DNA of 32,000 nucleotides from Uruburuella suis (GTDB lineage Bacteria; Pseudomonadota; Gammaproteobacteria; Burkholderiales; Neisseriaceae): NCBI RefSeq assembly GCF_004341385.1, contig NZ_SLXE01000003.1, positions 68,149 to 100,148 of the forward strand, read 5' to 3'. Shown piece by piece: positions 1 to 7,135 of this stretch (position 1 is its first letter; each line of letters starts with the position of its first letter). The notes under the pieces were generated by a model. It saw only the letters and a program-made list of their open reading frames with translations, ran no database searches and was not told where the DNA came from. The position numbers and the translations under genes were made by a program.

Positions 1-359
1 GATTGGGCGCGCGCCTGCTCGCGCTCGGCAATCAGGCGGCGGGCGGCGGCTTCGTCAAACGTTTTGTTGGCAATCAGGCTTTGCTCGGCAGCCCGATGCG
101 CTTGGGCTTGCGCGCGCATTTGATTGCGCTGGGCTTCGCTCAGCTCGGTTTGAGCGGGGCGGCCTTCCTGCAAAATGGCCTGAATGCGGGTTTTCTGTGT
201 GGCACTCAAATTGAGCGCCTGCAAATCGCGCGGCAATTCGCCGCGTTTGAATTCGCGCGTTTGCTTGGGTTGCTGCATATTGGCGGCAGAATCGGCGGCA
301 ACGGCTGCACCGGTGATGCCCAACAGGGCGGCTGCAGCAATGGCGGTGATTTTTTTCAT
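1..359 (-). CDS. Spy/CpxP-family periplasmic protein (N-terminal part; gene continues left of the window)
   Basis: Not in the ORF track because it runs off the window. Reverse-strand ATG at 359-357 lies 6 nt after AAGGAA. Translation MKKITAIAAAALLGITGAAVAADSAANMQQPKQTREFKRGELPRDLQALNLSATQKTRIQAILQEGRP... shows a signal peptide plus LSATQ and LSEAQ (LTXXQ-like) motifs. The listed + ORF 3..422 is its shadow. Confidence 0.55.
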   Translation of the reverse strand, partial: MKKITAIAAAALLGITGAAVAADSAANMQQPKQTREFKRGELPRDLQALNLSATQKTRIQAILQEGRPAQTELSEAQRNQMRAQAQAHRAAEQSLIANKTFDEAAARRLIAEREQARAQ

Positions 360-545
360 TTCGGTTTCCTTGTTTGGTTTGGAGGGAATAACGGCTGCCA
401 TCATAGCCATTTTATGTGTTAAGACGGCCTTTGTTTGGGTAAATCATGTTTGAATTGGCGTTAAACCTGTTTTCACGCAAGAAAGCTTTCAAGGCCGTCT
501 GAAAGCTTTCGGGCGGCTGCGGCTGCCCGGGCGGGCGAAATCCGC

Positions 546-551
546 TATAAT
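546..551 (+). promoter_or_regulatory. possible -10 hexamer (TATAAT) upstream of purD
   Basis: Perfect TATAAT 36 nt upstream of the purD ATG. No convincing -35 was seen. Confidence 0.2.
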
Positions 552-587
552 CCCGCTGCAAACCTCTATCTTGATAAGGAATCCGGC

Positions 588-1859
588 ATGAAACTACTCG
601 TTATCGGCAGCGGCGGACGCGAACACGCGCTGGCGTGGAAACTGGCGCAATCGCCCAAAGTATCCGCCGTGTATGTGGCGCCCGGCAACGCGGGCACTGC
701 GCGCGAGCCCAAGCTGCACAACCTGCCCTTGAGCGCACATGCCGATTTGATGGATTTCTGCCGCCGCGAAGGCATCGCCTTTACCGTGGTCGGCCCCGAA
801 GCGCCGCTGGCCGCCGGCGTGGTAGACGATTTTCGCGCTGCCGGCCTGCGCATTTTCGGCCCCACGCAATATGCGGCGCAATTGGAAAGCTCGAAAGATT
901 TCGCCAAAGCCTTTATGGCCAAATACGGCATTCCCACCGCGCACTACCAAACCTTTGAATCGGCCGCGGCCGCGCATGATTATGTGGCAGCCAAAGGCGC
1001 GCCGATTGTGATTAAGGCCGATGGGCTGGCCGCGGGCAAAGGCGTGATTGTGGCGCTCAGCGAAGATGAAGCGCATGCGGCCATCGACGATATGCTCTTG
1101 GGCAACAAAATGGGCAACGCCGGCGCGCGCGTGGTGATTGAAGACTTTTTGCAAGGAGAAGAGGCCAGCTTTATTGTGATGGTAGACGGCGAAAATGTGC
1201 TGCCGATGGCCACCAGCCAAGACCACAAGCGCCTGCTCGACCAAGATCTGGGGCCCAACACGGGCGGCATGGGTGCCTACAGCCCCGCGCCGGTGGTGAC
1301 GCCCTCGGTGTATGAGCGCGCGATGAACGAAATCATTCTGCCCACCGTGCGCGGCATGCAGGCCGAAGGCCACCCTTTCAGCGGCTTTTTATATGCCGGC
1401 CTGATGATAGACAGCCAAGGCGCGCCTTACACCATCGAATTCAACTGCCGCTTCGGCGACCCCGAAACACAGCCGATTATGAGCCGGCTTGAAAGCGATT
1501 TGGCCGACTTGCTCGAAGCGGGCATCGCGGGCAAGCTTGACGGCGTAGAAGCCCAATGGCTGCCGCAAACCGCCGTGGGCGTGGTGCTGGCTGCCGCCGG
1601 CTATCCCGACACGCCGCGCAAAGGCGACATCATCAGCGGCTTAGATGAAGCCGACCAAATCGGCAAAGTGTTTCACGCCGGCACCTCGGCCGATGCCGAA
1701 GGCCGCATCCTCACCAACGGCGGGCGCGTGTTGTGCGTGGTGGGCTTGGGCGACGATGTGGCCGCGGCCAAAGCGCAAGCCTATCAGGCGCTGGGCAAGG
1801 TGCATTTCGACGGCATGCAATACCGGCGCGATATTGCCGACAAGGCGATTAAGGCTTGA
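588..1859 (+). CDS. purD: phosphoribosylamine--glycine ligase
   Basis: 423-aa ORF with the N-terminus MKLLVIGSGGREHALAWKL and an ATP-grasp core (IVIKADGLAAGKGV). AAGGAA SD lies upstream of the ATG. Confidence 0.97.
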   Translation: MKLLVIGSGGREHALAWKLAQSPKVSAVYVAPGNAGTAREPKLHNLPLSAHADLMDFCRREGIAFTVVGPEAPLAAGVVDDFRAAGLRIFGPTQYAAQLESSKDFAKAFMAKYGIPTAHYQTFESAAAAHDYVAAKGAPIVIKADGLAAGKGVIVALSEDEAHAAIDDMLLGNKMGNAGARVVIEDFLQGEEASFIVMVDGENVLPMATSQDHKRLLDQDLGPNTGGMGAYSPAPVVTPSVYERAMNEIILPTVRGMQAEGHPFSGFLYAGLMIDSQGAPYTIEFNCRFGDPETQPIMSRLESDLADLLEAGIAGKLDGVEAQWLPQTAVGVVLAAAGYPDTPRKGDIISGLDEADQIGKVFHAGTSADAEGRILTNGGRVLCVVGLGDDVAAAKAQAYQALGKVHFDGMQYRRDIADKAIKA

Positions 1860-1890
1860 GCCGTTTGGCGCTGCTTGTGCAAATCAGTAA

Positions 1891-1924
1891 AAGGCCGTCT
1901 GAAACCAAAGTTTCAGACGGCCTT
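1891..1924 (+). terminator. inverted AG-DUS pair hairpin downstream of purD
   Basis: AAGGCCGTCTGAAAC / GTTTCAGACGGCCTT forms a 15-bp stem with a 4-nt loop. Its 3' foot is the prophage insertion point, so the native T-tract is displaced. Confidence 0.7.
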
Positions 1925-2016
1925 ATATATTGCACCCCATGAAACAGGGGTCTTGACAAGATTTAAATTATCTTAACGCATCGCCCCTTTAACCAGCCAA
2001 GTGAAGGGGCGAAATC

Positions 2017-2223
2017 ATGACTAAAGAACAAATCCAATCCATATCTACCGATAACAAAACCGTTATTGTCAACAAAATCAATAAAAAATACGAGCTGACT
2101 TTTCGTAAACAAAACCGTCTGATGTGCACAATTTGGCTGCACCACTATCAGCAAATTGACCCGATTATCACAAAATTTTTAGCAACCGGTGAAGTGGATG
2201 CCGGTGGCGTTTGGATGGTGTAA
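2017..2223 (+). CDS. hypothetical small phage protein (68 aa) preceding rep
   Basis: ATG at 2017 follows GAAGGGG. The stop lies 2 nt before the rep ATG. No recognisable motif. Confidence 0.45.
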   Translation: MTKEQIQSISTDNKTVIVNKINKKYELTFRKQNRLMCTIWLHHYQQIDPIITKFLATGEVDAGGVWMV

Positions 2224-2225
2224 GC

Positions 2226-3710
2226 ATGAGTGCGCAAATTGTCCAAAAAGAGGCCGTGGCGGCGGCGGCTGATGGCGGGCGCGCTTGCGCGCGCGCAGCA
2301 GACGCTGACGCGCAAGGCCGCCCCCCTAGACTAACAGGGGGGGAGCAAGCCAAAAGCCCAAATGTCACGGGTACGGAGCAAGCTAGCCAAATTGAATATT
2401 TTTCCCATTTCATCACAGACGGGAAAGGCCGTTTGATTGAAGTACCACAGCGCAAAGGCAAGCAAGACGGCGTATTTATTGACTGGATTAGCTTTACTTT
2501 TCACGAAGATACCTTGTTGCAATATTCAAAATGCCCGTTGGTCTCTGACAATGAATATATGTATGTCTTGAGTGCTGAGCTTAAGCGCATTTTCGGATTC
2601 GGCATTTCGCACAAGTGCAAATCAAAGGGAAACAAGTTTTATGAAATGATGTTTCGGCTTGGCTCAGATGAAGCCGATTATGGTGAAGTTCATTACGGCG
2701 GCCAGCGTGACACCGTTTTGATTGAGCTTAAAGGCTTGGGCTGCAACTTGGCAGAAAAAGGCTGGGAAAGCCGCTTGTGCGAATTTTTAAAATCAGCCCT
2801 GCGCCCCCGCATAACCCGTGTTGATTTGGCATTGGATTTTTTCAGCGGTGAATACAGTCCTGAACAAGCGCTTTTAGATCACGATAACGGCTTTTTCGAC
2901 AATCACAATATGCGCCCGAAATCTGAAATGTATGGCACTTCATGGCGCAAGGAAGACGGTAGCGGCAAGACGTTTTATATCGGCAAAAAGAAGAACGCCC
3001 GTTTTGTGCGTGTGTATGAGAAAGGCCGCCAGCTTGGCGATAAAGATAGCAAATGGTGCCGTTTTGAAATCCAGTTCAATCATGGTGATATAGAAATTCC
3101 CTTGGATATCCTGCTTGATGAAGGTGGCTATTTCTCCGGTGCATTTCCCATTTGTTCAACTTTTGAAAATATGAGCCAAGAAAAGCGCATTGCAGTGCGT
3201 GAAAAAACATTGAATTTGAGTTTTGAGCACAAGATTAAGCATGCCAAAAATGCGGTTGGCCGTCTGATAAATTTTATGGTTGATGTCGGCTTAGATGAAA
3301 AGCAAATTGTGGAAATGCTCAAATCTGATGATGACGGAAAATATCCAAAAGGGCTTGAGCCTGAACGCTTTGACGTGGAAGAACTGTTAAATCATAAGCA
3401 AGATGAATATTTGCACAATTCAGCCGAAGCCGATTTAGCTCGTGAAATGGATGAATATTTAAGCTTTGTAACGTCATCGGAATTTAAAGGCAATGAGCGG
3501 CTTCTTCCGTTTGAAACAAAGCTGAATAAGCAGGATGAAGAATATGAAGTTTGGCTATCCCGCCAAAACATGAAAATGTCATCGGAAGCAAAGCAGCTTG
3601 AACATGCAGAATTTGAACATCAGGAAATGATAGCCCGTATCAAATGGCAGAATATGAAATATAAGTATTCGCTGGCAACTTTTAAGAATTACCGCAAAAA
3701 ACCGTTTTAA
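2226..3710 (+). CDS. rolling-circle replication initiation protein (Rep_trans / replication initiation factor family)
   Basis: ORF track gives a TTG at 2211, but the ATG at 2226 sits just after the upstream stop and is preferred. Motifs ITRVDLALDFF, FYIGKKKNARFVRVYEKG and RFEIQF fit the Rep_trans family. The position matches ORF1 of Nf phages. Confidence 0.85.
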   Translation: MSAQIVQKEAVAAAADGGRACARAADADAQGRPPRLTGGEQAKSPNVTGTEQASQIEYFSHFITDGKGRLIEVPQRKGKQDGVFIDWISFTFHEDTLLQYSKCPLVSDNEYMYVLSAELKRIFGFGISHKCKSKGNKFYEMMFRLGSDEADYGEVHYGGQRDTVLIELKGLGCNLAEKGWESRLCEFLKSALRPRITRVDLALDFFSGEYSPEQALLDHDNGFFDNHNMRPKSEMYGTSWRKEDGSGKTFYIGKKKNARFVRVYEKGRQLGDKDSKWCRFEIQFNHGDIEIPLDILLDEGGYFSGAFPICSTFENMSQEKRIAVREKTLNLSFEHKIKHAKNAVGRLINFMVDVGLDEKQIVEMLKSDDDGKYPKGLEPERFDVEELLNHKQDEYLHNSAEADLAREMDEYLSFVTSSEFKGNERLLPFETKLNKQDEEYEVWLSRQNMKMSSEAKQLEHAEFEHQEMIARIKWQNMKYKYSLATFKNYRKKPF

Positions 3711-3742
3711 GAAAACCCCTCCCTAAATTGAAAGGAAATGAA

Positions 3743-4060
3743 ATGTTTGAACAAAATCAGATTGTCCAATACCCCGCAACTTTGTTGGGTGCAAAGAAAT
3801 TCAAGGGCGATATCGACGGTAACAAAATCGATAGCTGTACCGTGCTCGTTGCCACGCAAATGCCGTCTCAAACGGGCAATGCAGTGGGCTTTACAGCGGC
3901 CAATATGCGCTTTGGCGATTCCGACAATTTCAAGCGCTTGGAAAACCTCAAATTTCCCATTGCGGTCGTAATCACGGTTGAAATGACTTCAACGGGCAAA
4001 GGCTTATCGCCTGTACTTCGTGATTTCAGTGTTCAGCCTCAAGCGCCTGCCAAGTCTTAA
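3743..4060 (+). CDS. putative ssDNA-binding protein (gene V position), 105 aa
   Basis: ATG at 3743 lies 6 nt after AAAGGAAA, in frame with track ORF 3728..4060. The function is assigned only by position directly after rep and by size. Confidence 0.45.
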   Translation: MFEQNQIVQYPATLLGAKKFKGDIDGNKIDSCTVLVATQMPSQTGNAVGFTAANMRFGDSDNFKRLENLKFPIAVVITVEMTSTGKGLSPVLRDFSVQPQAPAKS

Positions 4061-4080
4061 CTGAAAAGGGGGGGGGCTTT

Positions 4081-4287
4081 ATGTCTCAATTTGAAGAAAA
4101 GTACATCGTTCAGGATTTGGAAACACATGAGTTTCTCTATCCTGATCCGTTCGGGGATGTCGGCCAAACACCCAATATTAAATCTGCGGGTCATTACGAC
4201 ACGCGAGAAGACGCATTAAGCGCGGGTGTGGAAGAAATCGGGAATGAGTTTGTTATTTTCTCGTTTTTTGTAAGAGCCGAAAAATAA
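4081..4287 (+). CDS. hypothetical acidic phage protein, 68 aa
   Basis: ATG lies 4 nt after a G9 tract that is the only SD-like sequence. No motif recognised. Confidence 0.45.
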   Translation: MSQFEEKYIVQDLETHEFLYPDPFGDVGQTPNIKSAGHYDTREDALSAGVEEIGNEFVIFSFFVRAEK

Positions 4288-4364
4288 CCAGTTTCAAGCT
4301 CGGCGGGTGGCTTGGATATCCTTCACATAGCCCGCAACATCTATTTTTTTAAAGGAAAACAATC

Positions 4365-4583
4365 ATGAAATTCATGAATCAAGCAAAGCGCCACGGCGCA
4401 AAACTGGCTGTTGTAGTGGCCGCTCCGCTCGCCTTGGCTGCGCAAGCCTATGCGGCAATCCCTGAAGAAGCAAAAACCGCCATTGAAGGCGCAAAATCTG
4501 ATGGTATTGAAGCCGGTTGGCTCGTAATTGGTGCTATTGCTGCTCTTTTCGTCTTCTCACTCGTTCGCCGTGTTTTGCGCTAA
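4365..4583 (+). CDS. major coat protein (pVIII-like)
   Basis: 72 aa. Signal peptide ending AQAYA-AI, acidic N-terminus (EEAKTAIEGAKSDGIE), a single TM and a basic tail RRVLR. Strong SD AAAGGAAAA. Confidence 0.85.
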   Translation: MKFMNQAKRHGAKLAVVVAAPLALAAQAYAAIPEEAKTAIEGAKSDGIEAGWLVIGAIAALFVFSLVRRVLR

Positions 4584-4594
4584 GAAGGCCTGAA

Positions 4595-4870
4595 ATGTAC
4601 TACCAAGTCGGAAATCAATGTTTAGAGCAGCAACAGGCCGAAAACGTCTATTTCGGCTTGGTGGTACCTGTGCTTACACAAGAGGGCCAAATCATAAAGC
4701 CCGAACACAACGGCACTGCGTGGCAGCTAAACGGCCAAATCATCCAAGCAAATCTGCCCGAATGCAATCCTGCCGAAAGCGTTAAGAACGGCTTAGAAAT
4801 CGGCTGGCTCGTCTTTGGCGTTATGGCCGCGTGCTACTTTGTAATTGTCATAAAAAGGCTGCTTAAATGA
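4595..4870 (+). CDS. membrane-anchored phage protein, coat-protein paralogue (possible minor coat)
   Basis: ATG at 4595 is in frame with track ORF 4517..4870. The C-terminus GLEIGWLVFGVMAACYFVIVIKRLLK parallels the coat tail GIEAGWLVIGAIAALFVFSLVRRVLR. Confidence 0.55.
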   Translation: MYYQVGNQCLEQQQAENVYFGLVVPVLTQEGQIIKPEHNGTAWQLNGQIIQANLPECNPAESVKNGLEIGWLVFGVMAACYFVIVIKRLLK

Positions 4871-4938
4871 TTGATATCTACTTTTTGCTAGGCCTTGCCG
4901 TGCCCGTCATCATCGGCATGATGATTTTTAAAGACTGA
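4867..4938 (+). CDS. 23-aa hydrophobic micro-ORF (pVII/pIX-like candidate)
   Basis: ATGA start/stop overlap with the preceding ORF. Translation MIDIYFLLGLAVPVIIGMMIFKD. It is below the ORF-track size cutoff. Confidence 0.35.
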   Translation: MIDIYFLLGLAVPVIIGMMIFKD

Positions 4939-4993
4939 TAAATATGCTAAATTCACGCTTTCGACAAACCAATAACGAAAGTGAGAATTTAAG

Positions 4994-5320
4994 ATGTTTT
5001 ATATCACAGAAGACGAATTAAGATTCAAACAAGATACGGTTAAAGAATATTTTAATCAAAAGCTTAATGCTATCTGCATGTCTGAATTATTTATTTTGAA
5101 AGATAAATATCCTGTCAATGCAGATTATTTTATTAACTTCGCAAAAAGCTATTTTCAATTTTATTTGAATAGAACTTATTTAGATGATGTTGTCGTCTTT
5201 TTTGAGGATGGTTCTATTTTGAAAATTCATTTTAATGAAAATGGGTTCAGTTGGTCGGAACATTATGATAGTCAAATTTCAACTGCATTTTATTATGGCC
5301 GTTATTCTATTCGGCTTTAG
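4994..5320 (+). CDS. hypothetical protein, very AT-rich (possible moron)
   Basis: 108-aa ORF rich in F, Y, N and K. It is markedly more AT-rich than the neighbouring phage genes and overlaps the start of the adsorption gene. Confidence 0.45.
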   Translation: MFYITEDELRFKQDTVKEYFNQKLNAICMSELFILKDKYPVNADYFINFAKSYFQFYLNRTYLDDVVVFFEDGSILKIHFNENGFSWSEHYDSQISTAFYYGRYSIRL

Positions 5321-6839
5321 TTTTGTCGCGTTTAGTGCTGAATTGCAGGTCGTGCCGTCTACAGGTAAATTAGGTTATCCCGTTGGTGATTACAATGCTA
5401 ACGGTATTCGTACTTGGAGAACCTTAGACGGCAATTTTGTTAAAGAGTATTCGGCTAAATATGATAGAAATTTGTTCATTCGTGATTTAGAGCGCAAAGT
5501 TCGTTCCGCCAATACCGTCCCCGTTGTCATAAATAAAAAAGTCCCCAAAAAAACAGTACTAACAAACCTCTTGAAGCTCGCTCGTGTCGGCGGTGGCGCT
5601 GCTGTGGGTGTCGGCACCGGCCCCGTTGGTTGGGCTTACAACGCCTACACCGCCTATACGCTTGTTGAGCCACTTTTGAGGGCAGAAGATTACGTTTGGG
5701 ATAATGACAAAAAGGATTTTGTCACAACAAAAGACTACGTCATGGTCGTAGAAGCGTCTGACAATAAACAAACTATTATGGCGCGATATGGCATATCAAA
5801 AGATAGCTATAAATATGGCTACACCTCGTATAAATACGCCGCTGACGGCCTATGCAATAAAGCTACATCTTTACTGAAGCATACTATTGCTCGCGGTGCG
5901 TTTCACGATTACACGCCTAATGGCTCGCTCTATACCGGTATTTGTGAGGTTGTTAAAAATGGTGATGAAAGAGCTTTGGCAATTTGGCGAATAGAGGAAA
6001 ATAGGGATAAAGTAATAACACAATCGGAATTTGATGAAATTATCGGCCCTCAGGCCGATCAGTCACCAGATAGATTTGTAAACGCAACCGCCTATCAAAG
6101 TGGTGAAGTCCCCGGCGAATCTGAAGCAGGCGTAACCGTCCTCAACAATACGACAGCACAATCATTGCCCTACACAAACGCCAATGGGCAAGTTGTACAA
6201 ACCGTTTGGAATTTTACAACCATCATCAACGCCGCCGGCCAGCCTGAAACGCGTGTCACCTCTCACGATGTGCCACGCCCCGATTTGCAACCCGATTCCC
6301 CGCAAGCGCCAAGTACGGGCGGTAGCACCGGTTCAAACCCCGGCAGCAACACAGGCGGCCAGCCCGGTTCAGACGGTTCGCCCGGTTCAGACGGTTCACC
6401 CGGCTCAGACGGTTCGCCCGGTTCAGACGGTTCACCCGGTTCAGACGGCCAGCCAAAACCTAACCCAAATCCCAATCCCAATCCAAACCCTAATCCAAAT
6501 CCAGACGATAAGCCTGATGAAAAGCCGCAAGAAGGCTTCTTGTGTAGCCTTTTCCCCGATATTCTCGCCTGCCAGCTAATGGGTGAGCCTGATGAATCTA
6601 TATTTGATGATATAGAAATACCTCAAGCAGTTAATGATACGACTTGGCAGCCAGATAATTTTTTACCGTTAAACGGTGTTTGTCCTCAACCTAAAATTTT
6701 TCATGTTGTTGGCCGCGAATTCAGGATTGATTATTCCCCTTTATGTTCTTTTTTGGAAAATGTCCGTTTCATGATCCTTTTGGCTTTTACTGTTGCAGCT
6801 GCTTATATAAGCTTTGGCGGATTGAGGAGTGATAAATAA
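5265..6839 (+). CDS. pIII-like adsorption / minor coat protein, probably TspB family
   Basis: Start chosen at ATG 5265 (MIVKFQLHFIMAVILFGFSFVAFSA signal peptide); 5235 and 5295 are alternatives. It has a Gly/Ser/Pro linker (PGSDGS x5, PN x7) and a Cys-containing C-terminal domain. The C-terminal TM anchor is FMILLAFTVAAAYISFGG. Its position matches Nf ORF6/TspB. Confidence 0.8.
   Translation: MIVKFQLHFIMAVILFGFSFVAFSAELQVVPSTGKLGYPVGDYNANGIRTWRTLDGNFVKEYSAKYDRNLFIRDLERKVRSANTVPVVINKKVPKKTVLTNLLKLARVGGGAAVGVGTGPVGWAYNAYTAYTLVEPLLRAEDYVWDNDKKDFVTTKDYVMVVEASDNKQTIMARYGISKDSYKYGYTSYKYAADGLCNKATSLLKHTIARGAFHDYTPNGSLYTGICEVVKNGDERALAIWRIEENRDKVITQSEFDEIIGPQADQSPDRFVNATAYQSGEVPGESEAGVTVLNNTTAQSLPYTNANGQVVQTVWNFTTIINAAGQPETRVTSHDVPRPDLQPDSPQAPSTGGSTGSNPGSNTGGQPGSDGSPGSDGSPGSDGSPGSDGSPGSDGQPKPNPNPNPNPNPNPNPDDKPDEKPQEGFLCSLFPDILACQLMGEPDESIFDDIEIPQAVNDTTWQPDNFLPLNGVCPQPKIFHVVGREFRIDYSPLCSFLENVRFMILLAFTVAAAYISFGGLRSDK
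6366..6503 (+). repeat. in-frame tandem repeats: 5 x 18 nt (GGTTCAGACGGTTCGCCC) then 7 x 6 nt (CCN AAY)
   Basis: Read directly. Units start at 6366, 6384, 6402, 6420 and 6438. The PN repeat spans 6459-6500 plus CCA. Confidence 0.95.
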
Positions 6840-7135
6840 TGCCTGTTGCTTTGATACCATTTATAGCGTTGACGCTCAAATATCTTGTTGTAAGGTTGTT
6901 GATTGCGTTTGGTGTTGCCGCTGTTACATATGCTGGTTATTCCGTTGCAATGACTACTTTTAAAGACTACATAGTTCAAAATATGCAGTCTATGCCTGTT
7001 GATATATTGAATCTCCTTTTAATTTCGGGGTTTGGCCAAGGTTTGGGCTATATATTTGGTGCATTCGCTTTTAAGGTCGCTATGACAACAATTAACAAAA
7101 TAACTATGCTAGTACCGGCTGGGGGTAAATCATGA
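6839..7135 (+). CDS. pVI-like minor coat protein (DUF2523-like)
   Basis: 98 aa and multi-TM. Its start overlaps the upstream stop (TAATG) and its stop overlaps the zot-like start (ATGA). The position is syntenic with gene VI. Confidence 0.65.
   Translation: MPVALIPFIALTLKYLVVRLLIAFGVAAVTYAGYSVAMTTFKDYIVQNMQSMPVDILNLLLISGFGQGLGYIFGAFAFKVAMTTINKITMLVPAGGKS

Noticed and set aside
3-422. 139-aa + strand ORF at the window start
   Set aside because: It is Gly/Ala/Leu-rich with no SD. It lies exactly antisense to a minus-strand gene that has a clear signal peptide, an AAGGAA SD and LTXXQ-like motifs. It is a shadow ORF.
1953-1958. Perfect -35 TTGACA as the resident promoter for the phage early genes
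   Set aside because: No acceptable -10 lies at 15-19 nt spacing (the candidates are ACGCAT and AACGCA). It is kept only as a note within the left-end structure finding.
6366-6503. Short regularly spaced repeats as a CRISPR array
   Set aside because: The units are contiguous with no spacers, are in frame, and encode the PGSDGS/PN linker of a protein.
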